A DNA stretch of 59,770 bases from Pyrinomonadaceae bacterium (GCA_041748975.1 JBGTCF010000146.1:1-59770), one strand, 5' to 3'; counted from the stretch's first letter, positions 1 through 8,864 are shown. Numbers and translations: made by a program. The notes: generated by a model not told the origin, from the letters alone.

Positions 1-411
1 TCCATGATCTTTCCGATCTACTACAACACATATTTCGATAATCGCCCAGGAAATGCCGGCGGCTCCCCTGACATATTCGGCGGCGGAATGATGGCCGGGG
101 TATCAGCCGAGGAATATGCGCTCGGCAGGAAGTATCTTGATGATCTCGCCGATGCCACCGGAGGCCGGGTCTTTCAACCCGAATCCACTCCCGGCGGGCT
201 TACACGTGCCTTCGAAGGCATCGCCGAAGAACTTCGACGTCAGTACAATATCGGCTATGTTCCCAAAGACGAAGGTACGCGAGGACAGCGAAAATCGATC
301 AAGGTCCGCGTCGAACGCCCGAACCTAATCATTCGATCCCGTGACAGCTACATCGTCGGCGGAGCCCCCGCCTTAACCCAACCTGCGGCAGCCAAACCGA
401 CAAGGGACTGA
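1..411 (+). CDS. C-terminal part of a VWA-domain (VWFA-related) protein; the gene starts upstream of the window
   Basis: Frame is open to the window edge. The C-terminal pattern GRVF..ES..GL..AF..I.EELR.QY.IGY.P......R.I.V.V is typical of acidobacterial VWFA-related proteins (recognised from memory). Confidence 0.55.
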   Translation, partial: SMIFPIYYNTYFDNRPGNAGGSPDIFGGGMMAGVSAEEYALGRKYLDDLADATGGRVFQPESTPGGLTRAFEGIAEELRRQYNIGYVPKDEGTRGQRKSIKVRVERPNLIIRSRDSYIVGGAPALTQPAAAKPTRD

Positions 412-456
412 TCGAAGAGATCCATTCCGGGCAGTGGACTGTGAAAAACGATCGTT

Positions 457-508
457 CCACTTTCCACTTTCCTCTATCCGCTCTCCACTCTCCACTCTCC
501 ACTCTCCG
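457..508. repeat. 7-bp-periodic tandem tract (CCACTTT x2, CCTCTAT, CCGCTCT, CCACTCT x3)
   Basis: Read directly; the heptad register is kept over about 8 units in a convergent intergenic region. Confidence 0.9.
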
Positions 509-660
509 CAAAAAGCGCGTGTTTTTGTCCCGGGTCGGGACAGGAAGTTCGCAATAACTATCGTATTATGACATTTACAGACTTGTACCTTGTACCACCT
601 GTTTTCTGTAGGGTGTGGTGTAATACGATGTAATACAACAGTGGTCGTGGTCAGTCGGCA

Positions 661-705
661 GAACGAAGAACGAACAACGATCCACGATCCACGATCCACG
701 ATCAA
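661..705. repeat. 7-bp-periodic tandem tract (GAACGAA x2, CAACGAT, CCACGAT x3)
   Basis: Read directly. It is the second heptad tract, about 150 bp from the first, in the same intergenic region. Confidence 0.9.
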
Positions 706-904
706 CCCCATTTTTCAAATATAAAAGGCCTAAGATCCAACCTCAAAGACCCCGCACCGCAACAGGCTAACCTACTTTTTATCCTTTCGGGTAGTCCATT
801 TGGGTACTTTGTAGCATTTGGCGTATTTGGCGTGAATTTGCGACAGACATGGCGGTCCGAACCTCGGCGCAACGATCACCAAAAGCCTTGATGCTTATCG
901 CCGA

Positions 905-3583
905 TCATTTGTATTCGACAAAGCCGCTAAGAATGTCGCTGAATTTCTTCGGATTAAATTTCTCAAATCCGACTTGATCGACATAGACGAAGTCATAAAC
1001 GACTTCGGACTGGATCCTATTAATATCTGCACACCATTGTTTGAGGCGTTCCATTTTTGAGGGAACGTCAAGATCGGCATTTCCCTTCGTCTCGACGATG
1101 ATTATCTGCCCGTCGGTCAGTTTCACGATAAAGTCCGGGTAATAATTCGAGATGTTTCCGTCGTCTTTGACGTAGTCCAACTTAAAGTTTACGGCGAGAT
1201 AGTTTTTAGCGAATGAAGCGACTTCGTCGCAGCCGTCCAGAAAGCTCGCGAAAACCAATTCAAAATGGCTGTCGCCCACGACTCTGTTAAAGACGCTCTT
1301 CTTTGGAACTAAATAGCCCTGATCCTTCGTCACGAAAGGTCTTGTTTGACGTAGTTTGATGGTGTCACGAATTTCAGCGTCGCCCTTTTCGCGAATGGTC
1401 AGATCGTTGATAGCTCTTTTGAAATTTTCAATCACCGATTTTGTAGCGGCCAGTTCTGAAAGGTTTCGCAAAGTATTTGGGCTGTCGAGCTCTACCACTT
1501 TCCCGAACAATTCCTGCCCGACAAAATGTTTCACCTTGCCGTAAAGCACATCATAGCCGCTGACGAGCCGCAATTCCTTCATCACCGTTTGCGCAAAATA
1601 TCCGATGACGCTCCGGTAATCCGCAATTCCCGCCGTGTCTAGTATTGTCGTGTGCGTGATCTCTCCGGTCGTAATATCTTTGAAGACAATTTCCCGCTGC
1701 TGCTCTTCGCTGAATTCCTGATAAAGAACTTTCTGATGTCCAAAGCCGGAAACATTCAGTTCCGAAAGATTCTTGTATTCGCGATACACGCGTGGCGTCA
1801 GTATGGGAATTTCTATGTCTAAGGCTTCTATATCCTTCTTATCGTTTTCTTCGTCGACCTCTACCATCAGCGAGTTGGTGCCCGGCGTTCCTTCGCCCAT
1901 TGGTTTGCGTTCGAAATCGACTCCTTCGCTCTGGATAGATTCGACAAAATCCATAAAGGCGTCCGTCCCGATCACACTGACATATTCCTCGGTGTTTCCG
2001 GGATACATTTTTCTAAGGCCGCGACCGAGAGTTTGTTCCGGCAGAATATTGCTTTTCGACGAATAGGCCCGAAGCCCGACTATCGTCGTTACATTCTTTA
2101 CATCCCAACCTTCCTTCAGCATCATTACCGACACAACGGCTTTATAAGGACTTTCCCAACTATCAATATTATTGGCCTGTTCACGAAGCTTTTCTAAAAC
2201 CTCCTTGTTTGCCGAGGAGGCCGCCTCCGAGATCTCGCCGTTATTCTTAGTATGAATAACGAGCACGTGGTCTTTCAGGTCGGAGAAATTTCCTTCGAGA
2301 AATTCCGCGACATCATCGCAATTTCTCGTATCATCGGTCATGACAAAAAGGATTGCTTTCTTTCCCAGCTTCTCGTGTTCTTCGTATGCTTTTCTCCACT
2401 CGATCACGCCGAGGTTTAAATAGTCTGTATATTTTTCCGTAAACTTTGCACTTTGCCGTTCTTGCAACTTTGCGCGGCTTGCCTGATCGGGCAAAACCGG
2501 ATGCTTAACAACGTTCTGATAAATTGCTTCGACAAGGGGATAATCGGAAACGGTTTGGACAAAGATCGCCCCGTTGTTGTGCTTCGGGGTTGCCGTTACA
2601 TCTATCTGTAGCGCGAGTTGGTCTTCCTTTTGCAGCAGTTTATTGTGAATGTCCTGTATAGACTTAAACCACGCCATTTTTGGATCGTGAATATGGTGTG
2701 CTTCGTCATTCAAGATCATCAGTTCGTCGATGTCTCGAACTATCATTCCAAGATCGACCTTTGAATCTGTGGTTGCACCAGTCGGGCGAGGTCCGAGGAA
2801 ATAGTCGGTGGTATCTTCGTCATCAAAAGAAGGAGGAGGATCGTCCCCGGAGTAAACTCGATGAATATTTGTAAGAAAAATATTTCCCGTAGGTCTTACC
2901 ACGCGCACTTCGTCCTGAACGTGGAGGGTCAACTGAAAGTCATCCCGCCAGTTTCGCCCATCGAAACCATTGTCGGGCAAGACCGGATCATCGAAAAATA
3001 TTCTCAGGCCTTGAAAGTCCTTGTAAATACGGTCAAGAACAATGATGTTCGGAGCGATGACAAGGAAGTTACGGGAAAGCTGTGAATCGGCCTCGTAAAG
3101 CTTATGGAAGAAGCTCCATGACAGGGCAAGACTCATAACTTTCGTCTTGCCGGCCCCGGTTGCCATTTTGATTACAAATCTTCGCCAATCTTCATCAAAG
3201 TCGCGACCTCGAAGATTCCCGAACGAATCAAAACGCATCAGATCGAGCTTGTCTTTTACACCGACAACATCAAAAAGATAAATGATCGTTTCCAGAGCTT
3301 CCCGCTGCGCGAAATAATATTGAAACTCGAAGGACGTGCCGTCGGCCTTCGGTAAAAGATGCGGCTCCTTAAACCAGAAGTTCAAGAGACTTTTGCTAGT
3401 TTCTGTGGCTCCGGCGTAGTTTCCCACGCGAAAGTCCTTTACCTTTTTCCGCAGTTGCGGAACGAGTGGCGGCAATAGTTTTTCCATCGACGTTTCCCGC
3501 AGAGTTTCGTCCGCCGGAAACCACCGAATGGAAGGTTCTAAAATCTCGTGAGGTGATTGTGGAAAGTCAGGATGCAGTCCCAT
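905..3583 (-). CDS. res: Type III restriction enzyme Res subunit (SF2 helicase plus C-terminal PD-(D/E)xK nuclease)
   Basis: 892-aa ORF. Walker A-like KMATGAGKTKV, DEAH-like LNDEAHH, and C-terminal YYPDFIV....IIVETKG nuclease motif. It sits downstream of a Mod gene on the same strand. Confidence 0.85.
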   Translation of the reverse strand: MGLHPDFPQSPHEILEPSIRWFPADETLRETSMEKLLPPLVPQLRKKVKDFRVGNYAGATETSKSLLNFWFKEPHLLPKADGTSFEFQYYFAQREALETIIYLFDVVGVKDKLDLMRFDSFGNLRGRDFDEDWRRFVIKMATGAGKTKVMSLALSWSFFHKLYEADSQLSRNFLVIAPNIIVLDRIYKDFQGLRIFFDDPVLPDNGFDGRNWRDDFQLTLHVQDEVRVVRPTGNIFLTNIHRVYSGDDPPPSFDDEDTTDYFLGPRPTGATTDSKVDLGMIVRDIDELMILNDEAHHIHDPKMAWFKSIQDIHNKLLQKEDQLALQIDVTATPKHNNGAIFVQTVSDYPLVEAIYQNVVKHPVLPDQASRAKLQERQSAKFTEKYTDYLNLGVIEWRKAYEEHEKLGKKAILFVMTDDTRNCDDVAEFLEGNFSDLKDHVLVIHTKNNGEISEAASSANKEVLEKLREQANNIDSWESPYKAVVSVMMLKEGWDVKNVTTIVGLRAYSSKSNILPEQTLGRGLRKMYPGNTEEYVSVIGTDAFMDFVESIQSEGVDFERKPMGEGTPGTNSLMVEVDEENDKKDIEALDIEIPILTPRVYREYKNLSELNVSGFGHQKVLYQEFSEEQQREIVFKDITTGEITHTTILDTAGIADYRSVIGYFAQTVMKELRLVSGYDVLYGKVKHFVGQELFGKVVELDSPNTLRNLSELAATKSVIENFKRAINDLTIREKGDAEIRDTIKLRQTRPFVTKDQGYLVPKKSVFNRVVGDSHFELVFASFLDGCDEVASFAKNYLAVNFKLDYVKDDGNISNYYPDFIVKLTDGQIIIVETKGNADLDVPSKMERLKQWCADINRIQSEVVYDFVYVDQVGFEKFNPKKFSDILSGFVEYK

Positions 3584-3618
3584 AAAAAAATTCTTGCCTG
3601 GCGGTTATTAGATTTGAA

Positions 3619-3701
3619 CCCGCGTAGCGGGTATTAGCATAAAGCCACGGGCGACAACCCGTGGGCTCAGCAATTTATCGAGCCATCGCAGTTGGCGACA
3701 G
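3619..3701 (+). repeat. REP-like unit 1 (GC-rich hairpins ACCCGC-GTA-GCGGGT and CCACGGG-N6-CCCGTGG, ending GGCGACAG)
   Basis: About 83 bp, homologous to 4171..4258 (same orientation) and 4292..4380 (inverted). Confidence 0.85.
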
Positions 3702-3705
3702 ACGA

Positions 3706-4158
3706 TCATGTCCATAAATATTTTCGATCAAACCCGACCTCATTCTTTTCGAGCAATCCAATAAACTCTTCCTCAAACGATCTCTTTGTGTGGTGAATCT
3801 TTTGATCGGCAATATACTTCCTCACACCGTTTATCTGCGACGCACTGACTGTAAACGCACCGTACCCATTTTGCCACGCAAAATCTTCCGCCTCTGGAAA
3901 GACTTTGTGCAGCCATCCGGAAGAATTTGCCTTTAGGTCACGCAGCACATCTGACAACGCCTTATCCGGCCTTAGCTTGACCAAAATATGAACATGATCG
4001 TCGACCCCGTTGATCGCCAACACAATACCTCCAAGACCACGGATAATTCCGCCTATATATTCGTACAGACGCTCCTCTCTGTTCGGTGTTATTACCGGAC
4101 GACGATCTTTTGTTGAGAAGACGATGTGGTAAATCAGATTTGTATATGATCTCGGCAT
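3706..4158 (-). CDS. REP-associated tyrosine transposase (RAYT; IS200/IS605 TnpA-like Y1 HUH enzyme)
   Basis: N-terminus YHIVFSTKDRRP, HUH motif DDHVHILV, catalytic Tyr region RKYIADQKIHH. I place the start at the internal Met (ATG 4156..4158) because the longer ORF runs into REP unit 2. Confidence 0.85.
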   Translation of the reverse strand: MPRSYTNLIYHIVFSTKDRRPVITPNREERLYEYIGGIIRGLGGIVLAINGVDDHVHILVKLRPDKALSDVLRDLKANSSGWLHKVFPEAEDFAWQNGYGAFTVSASQINGVRKYIADQKIHHTKRSFEEEFIGLLEKNEVGFDRKYLWT

Positions 4159-4170
4159 ATTGATCTCCAG

Positions 4171-4258
4171 CCCGCGTAGCGGGTTACAGAATAAAGCCAC
4201 GGGTGCAAACCCGTGGGAATAGGCATCACAATTATCGAGCCGTTGTAAACGGCGACAG
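4171..4258 (+). repeat. REP-like unit 2
   Basis: Same hairpin pair and GGCGACAG end as unit 1; lies immediately upstream of the RAYT gene. Confidence 0.85.
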
Positions 4259-4291
4259 CACGTTTTTGACATGGATACCCATCGCTATTGT

Positions 4292-4380
4292 CTGTCGCCC
4301 GCATTCGCGGGCTAGTTATTTCAATTGCGCATTCCCACGGGCTAACGCCCGTGGCTTTATGCTTCCGCCCGCTACGCGGA
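4292..4380 (-). repeat. REP-like unit 3 (inverted copy)
   Basis: Its reverse complement aligns with units 1 and 2 (TCCGCGTAGCGGG...ATAAAGCCACGGG...CCCGTGGGAAT...GGCGACAG). It forms an inverted pair with unit 2. Confidence 0.85.
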
Positions 4381-4402
4381 CTCAAAACTAAACGGGCTAA
4401 AA

Positions 4403-6703
4403 TCAAACATTCACCTCCAAGATCGTCATCGTATCGTTCCCGAATATATCCACGACCTTGACCGCGATCTTTCGTGGGCCTTTTTCGCATTCGTGGAAGA
4501 TGCTTTTTAGTTCTATAGACCTGTCGCGTTTGGTCCGGAAAGATTGCCACTCGTTCTCAAAGATATAATCGCCCGTCCAGACCTCTTCAAAGCTCCCCTC
4601 CTGGACAGGAGGGGTGGCAGCCGCTTCGGCTGACGGGGTGGTTGACTCCCCGGCCGTCGGGACGCGAATGATCTCTCGTTTGCTTTCGAAATTGAAATCG
4701 ACCGACCAGTAGTCGATCCAATCTGTCCATTTTTGGGTTAGCTGCTCGCGGGTAAATTCGCCTTGGGCGTTTTTCGATATCTTTACGATCTGTCCGGCTT
4801 CGACGACGATCTTGCTTCCGGCCTTTTTGTTTGAGGACAAAGCGGCCTCAGCGTTGGCGATGGAATCCTGGGAATAAAAAACGGAGAAATCCGTCAATTC
4901 AACGGCAACGGTTTTGCCTTTGACGTGCGGCTTTACTTCTATAAATGAAACATCATGAAAAACTACCTGATTTTTCTCGACGGCGCGTTTGTCGAAGACC
5001 TCGGCGGGAATATATTTTGGGGCGATGTCTATTCCTTTCTGTCGGGCTTCGGCAAGAATATTCGGAAACAGGCCCATTTCAAATTCAAAGCCGAGAATAT
5101 CGACCCGCGTTATTCGTTTCTGTCTGCATTCGAGGATAACTTCCTCGACAAACAATCTCGTCACGGGAAGATTTATCGGGCCGACCGCGACAAGACGGCC
5201 TGATTTCTTGCCGTGGAATGTCGCAAAGCCGTCTGTCTTCTCCGCCTGATATGCACGGAGAATAAGTTCAAGGAATTTCTCTTCCTTTTGTGCAAGCTGC
5301 CTTTGCTGTTCTTCTTCACGAAGGTTCGGATTGACGCCAATAAAATGCTGACGCTCGTATTTGCCCAAATTCAAAATTTCAAACGCACGATAGTCTTTTC
5401 CAACCGCCTTTAATTCGCGCTGAACGCCGATCATACGCTTTCGCGTAGTGTGAATTGCGAATTTTCCAAGATCGGTGCAGATCCACTTACGTCCGAGTTT
5501 TTCGGCAACTGCCGCCGTTGTTCCGGAGCCACAAAAGAAATCTGCTACGAGGTCGCCGTCAATGGTTGACGCCCCAAGAATGCGTTCAAAAAGACCTTCC
5601 GGTTTCTGCGTTGGATAGCGGGTGTCTTCTTTTGCCTGAGAATTTACACCGCTTATGTCCGTCCAAAGAGACTGGACTGCACGCCCTGCGGAATCTTCCA
5701 TAAATTTTTTGAATCTTGGTACGCCGTCACCACCCGGAGGCCAATAAATTAAGCCTTTCGCATCTAACTCATCCAGTCTGTGTCGGGGATACCGCCAAGC
5801 CCGACTGAAACCGCGCCATTCGTACTCTTTATTTGTTCCTACATGACCAATGAGAGGCGACGGCATAAATCGCTTTCCAGTCTTTTCGTCCACTTTCGAA
5901 TAATATTTGTCGTAATATTCATCAGACAAATCGGTATATTGTGTGTTGAACTCGTAGTTTTCTGTCTTTCCGTAAAAATAAATCGTGTCAGTATGGTGGG
6001 AGAAGTGTTTTGAGGCATTGACACGTGGATTGCCGCGTTGCCAAACGATTTCATTAATAAAATTCTTAGTTCCGAAGACTTCGTCGAGAGCGAGTCTTAT
6101 GTAGCTATTCACCCGCCAATCACAATGCACATAAATACTTCCATCCTCGGCAAGTAGATCACGCATCAGGACGAGGCGTTCGTAGATCATCGCGATAAAT
6201 GAATCGGCACCTTTGCCCCATGTGTCTCGGTAGGCGATCTCCTCCAATATGCCCGGCTTTTTTGTGAACGTGTCGCCGCCGATCTCGATGTCCATCGAAA
6301 AATCAGCGCCGACATCGAATGGCGGGTCGATATAGATCAGCTTTATGCCGCCCTGTTTCTCGATCTTGTCCCGCATCGGGCCGTTCTTCAGGCTGGAAAG
6401 TATCAGCTTGTTATCGCCCCAGATCAGCTTGTTCGTCCAGCCCTTCAACTGCCGCCCGCGTTCGTCAAAAAGATCGAGCTGCGCCTTGGTGTCCTCAGGC
6501 TTTTCTGCCCGCGGCTCGTCCACCTGCTCGATCACCTGAAACGGCAGCACAATATTACAAACCTCGCCCGTCTTTCCGTTCCAAACAAGCTCAACCTCTC
6601 GCTTATCCCCAAAAAGCAAAAAACGATACTTATCAGGCAGAGGTTTGTTAGCCTCAATAAAGCGAATTATTTCTTGTTTTTCGGTATCTGAAAGATTGAT
6701 CAT
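4403..6703 (-). CDS. mod: Type III R-M DNA methyltransferase Mod (N6-adenine/N4-cytosine class, beta motif order)
   Basis: 766-aa ORF. Motif IV LIYIDPPFDVGADF comes before motif I FFCGSGTTAAVAEKLGRKWI. Same strand as res. Confidence 0.85.
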   Translation of the reverse strand: MINLSDTEKQEIIRFIEANKPLPDKYRFLLFGDKREVELVWNGKTGEVCNIVLPFQVIEQVDEPRAEKPEDTKAQLDLFDERGRQLKGWTNKLIWGDNKLILSSLKNGPMRDKIEKQGGIKLIYIDPPFDVGADFSMDIEIGGDTFTKKPGILEEIAYRDTWGKGADSFIAMIYERLVLMRDLLAEDGSIYVHCDWRVNSYIRLALDEVFGTKNFINEIVWQRGNPRVNASKHFSHHTDTIYFYGKTENYEFNTQYTDLSDEYYDKYYSKVDEKTGKRFMPSPLIGHVGTNKEYEWRGFSRAWRYPRHRLDELDAKGLIYWPPGGDGVPRFKKFMEDSAGRAVQSLWTDISGVNSQAKEDTRYPTQKPEGLFERILGASTIDGDLVADFFCGSGTTAAVAEKLGRKWICTDLGKFAIHTTRKRMIGVQRELKAVGKDYRAFEILNLGKYERQHFIGVNPNLREEEQQRQLAQKEEKFLELILRAYQAEKTDGFATFHGKKSGRLVAVGPINLPVTRLFVEEVILECRQKRITRVDILGFEFEMGLFPNILAEARQKGIDIAPKYIPAEVFDKRAVEKNQVVFHDVSFIEVKPHVKGKTVAVELTDFSVFYSQDSIANAEAALSSNKKAGSKIVVEAGQIVKISKNAQGEFTREQLTQKWTDWIDYWSVDFNFESKREIIRVPTAGESTTPSAEAAATPPVQEGSFEEVWTGDYIFENEWQSFRTKRDRSIELKSIFHECEKGPRKIAVKVVDIFGNDTMTILEVNV

Positions 6704-6814
6704 CGTCTTTCGAAATCAAACGGTCGGTTGAGAGTATTCATTCCGGGAAGCAAGGTGAAAAATTTACGAGAACATTAACACAGTTTGCGTAAAAATTATA
6801 CGCGGGTAACTGTT

Positions 6815-6855
6815 CAACGGCGGTTCCTCCGGCGTGGCGTTGATTGGCATGGGTG
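6815..6855 (+). repeat. 41-bp direct repeat, copy 1 (CAACGGCGGTTCCTCCGGCGTGGCGTTGATTGGCATGGGTG)
   Basis: 40 of 41 identical to 7291..7331. Contains the imperfect hairpin ACGGCGG-TTCCT-CCGGCGT. Confidence 0.9.
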
Positions 6856-6861
6856 TTTGGG

Positions 6862-7263
6862 TCAGGCGATGAAGATCAGGAGCACTCCGCAGGGGTCCCA
6901 GACGTGGAATATTTTTTCATCGCCGATCGACTCGATAGCTTTGTCATAGCGGGCATGGGCAAAATCGCCGTTATCGATGACCTCTTTCGCGTGAGCGTGC
7001 CAGGCTTCGATATCGTCGACGTCGAGCTTGATCATGAAGTTTTCGGCCCAATCTTTGTTGTAGTAGTTTTGAAGGCGAAAGATCGCGTTTCCGAGCTGAC
7101 AGTCCTTTGTACCGCCCCAGCCGTCAGTAAGTGTAAAGCCAAGCGCGGCATAGAATCGTTGGGAGATCTCAAAGTTTTCCGACGGAACGTAAACGACTAA
7201 TTCTTTGATGGTTGGCGGCATGGAAAAAAAGCTACCATAATTGGGCGTCGGACGGAAAGGCAC
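6862..7263 (-). CDS. VOC-family (glyoxalase/bleomycin-resistance fold) protein
   Basis: 133-aa ORF with FY.ALGF and small beta-alpha-beta-beta-beta-like repeats. The real start may be the Met at 7221. Confidence 0.6.
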   Translation of the reverse strand: MPFRPTPNYGSFFSMPPTIKELVVYVPSENFEISQRFYAALGFTLTDGWGGTKDCQLGNAIFRLQNYYNKDWAENFMIKLDVDDIEAWHAHAKEVIDNGDFAHARYDKAIESIGDEKIFHVWDPCGVLLIFIA

Positions 7264-7290
7264 AGACTGGAACGCGGGCCTCGCCGCCTA

Positions 7291-7331
7291 CAACGGCGGT
7301 TCCTCCGGCGTGGCGTTGATTGGTATGGGTG
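7291..7331 (+). repeat. 41-bp direct repeat, copy 2
   Basis: See 6815..6855. The two copies bracket the VOC gene exactly. Confidence 0.9.
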
Positions 7332-7422
7332 CAGTTGAATGATTGCCGTGTTCGTAAGCGTCCAGATGGACGCTTGCAGGCGGGAACGCCTGCGTTCCCG
7401 GCCCGCGCTCGACAAAGTTAAT

Positions 7423-7505
7423 GGCACCCAAAGAGGATGCCTTTAACGCGTTCTAAAGATTGGTGATCCGAGCAGGACTCGAACCTGCGACCCAGTGGTT
7501 AAAAG
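7423..7505 (-). other. Truncated tRNA-Lys 3' fragment plus downstream hairpin (att-type direct repeat, island-distal copy)
   Basis: 7454..7505 is 52/52 identical to 59666..59717. 7461..7505 equals the 3' 45 nt of the tRNA, including CCA. 7423..7453 matches 59637..59665 with mismatches and one indel. Confidence 0.9.
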
Positions 7506-7607
7506 TCTCTTTTTAGTGTTCATTTTGGTTACTTTAAGTTGAGTTTCCTATGTTTCCGTTGTATTGCTGTTTAGATGTGTTCGGCTTAGTTATTGACCAA
7601 CAAGTTG

Positions 7608-7632
7608 ATTTGGCGCACGTCTGGCGCACTTA
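7608..7632 (+). promoter_or_regulatory. ATTTGGCGCAC-GT-CTGGCGCACTTA motif, about 100 bp inside the left island end
   Basis: 23 of 25 identical to 59603..59627, same orientation. Contains an internal direct repeat TGGCGCAC x2. Confidence 0.6.
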
Positions 7633-7828
7633 GCCCCTTGGGAGAGTTGATCGAACTAAATGAAATTGTAATAAAATAATCTGCCTCTGATAGAAATAAT
7701 TTCAGTGGATCCGTCTGACCTCAGAACGTGGTGCAAGTATAATCACTTTAGCCAATCCAAACTTGCCCGGCTGCTGGACGTACCGAATGAAGATCGGCCC
7801 GGTACCAACCTAGAAAAGGATACCGCTC

Positions 7829-8333
7829 ATGATTAAGCTTATAGATACCGCCTATCATGAAGCTGCTCATGCCGTCGTCCAATATCGGGCCTCGGGTTGC
7901 CAGCGGTTCTGCTTCCATAATTCCGCAACCGCCTCTTGGCGGTGCTAGAACCCTTGGCTACGTTACCGACTACCTAACAGATAGCAGCTCAGAATAGGAT
8001 TGCGGGGGGAGGGTTCTAAGTTGTTACGCAGGGGCTGCCATCGATCAGAAGCGGAGATGTTTCAACCCGGACTCGTGCGCAAGCGATGACATAGCCGCTG
8101 CTGAAGTTCTGGGCTTGTGGGGATGGGAAGGACAAGAACAATCATTCCGCAATGAGTCCGCCAGGCTTGTCGATCGACACTGGCCGGCGATCGAAGCGGT
8201 AGCGATAGCGTTACTAAAACGCGAACACCTAGATATGACTGAGATCGAGATCATCGCCGATATTGCGGAGAATGTTGACGGAGCAACCTTAGAAGATTTA
8301 GCGCTGTATCGCGAATTAGCCCATACACCGTAA
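7829..8333 (+). pseudogene. Disrupted zinc-metallopeptidase-like gene (HEAAH motif), preceded by an XRE-like HTH remnant
   Basis: ATG at 7829 gives MIKLIDTAYHEAAHAVVQY, then a stop after 39 codons. The reading continues in other frames past a TAG near 7995 into the 8115..8333 ORF. Upstream, 7700..7800 reads ..NHFSQSKLARLLDVP.. with no start codon. Confidence 0.5.
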
Positions 8334-8864
8334 GAAACGATCCCTTTTGGATATCTTGCGAAATGCTCTTAAATGTATGGGACGTTTCGTTAGAAGAAAT
8401 TTGAAAGACGTCGTGCTGCGATGACCTGATGATTACAAATTCTTTTCAGCCAAAGTTCACTGAGTGTCACCAAGTATCATAGGGCCATATTTACGGTACT
8501 TTGCGAACTCGGTTTGCACCCAGTGACACTCTATGTACGCACATGGTTGCTACATTTCTCGCTACATAAGCTATTCTGACGACACTATCAGGTAACAGGA
8601 GGAAAGTCGGGTGAAAAATGAAAAAGGCGGCCGATTGATCCGCCCTAGTATTAACACTAAATCGGGTGCCTAGCGAGAAAGATGCTTCCAAGTCTGATCA
8701 TCAGTTTTCTTATATATTGTGCCGCTCATAATGTGAGAACGCGGACTCGACGCGGCGGTATTTTTCCTGCTCGACACAAACCTTGAAGTGGGTGTATTTC
8801 GATAAGTCTTAGCATTCGTCAAGGAAAACGAACGACTCGTGTAAATCCCAACTGTGGACGTGAA

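Noticed and set aside
457-705. CRISPR array interpretation of the heptamer tracts (and of the PT-linker repeat at 39421..39566)
   Set aside because: The units are 7 or 12 bp with no spacers. The PT array is in-frame coding sequence. No cas genes are present.
329-711. ORFs 329..511 and 373..711 (minus) in the heptamer-repeat spacer
   Set aside because: The translations are dominated by the tandem repeats (..ESGEW..), with no start context. They are treated as non-coding.
797-845. Link between the ATTTGGCG-like 9-mers here and the ATTTGGCGCAC arm motifs at the island ends
   Set aside because: Only an 8-mer is shared, which is roughly what chance allows in 60 kb, and this locus lies outside the island. 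It is noted but not claimed.
4134-4550. 138-aa minus ORF and 62-aa plus ORF (4203..4391) across the REP units
   Set aside because: They read through palindromic REP hairpins and into the 3' end of mod, so they are artefacts of the repeat sequence.
6815-7331. Integron gene cassette / attC interpretation of the 41-bp repeats around the VOC gene
   Set aside because: Copy 1 has a GTTCAAC that fits the inverse core, but the GTTRRRY core is not met (GTTGATT) and copy 2 lacks the inverse core. No integron integrase is present in the window. The observation is kept as an unexplained direct repeat instead.
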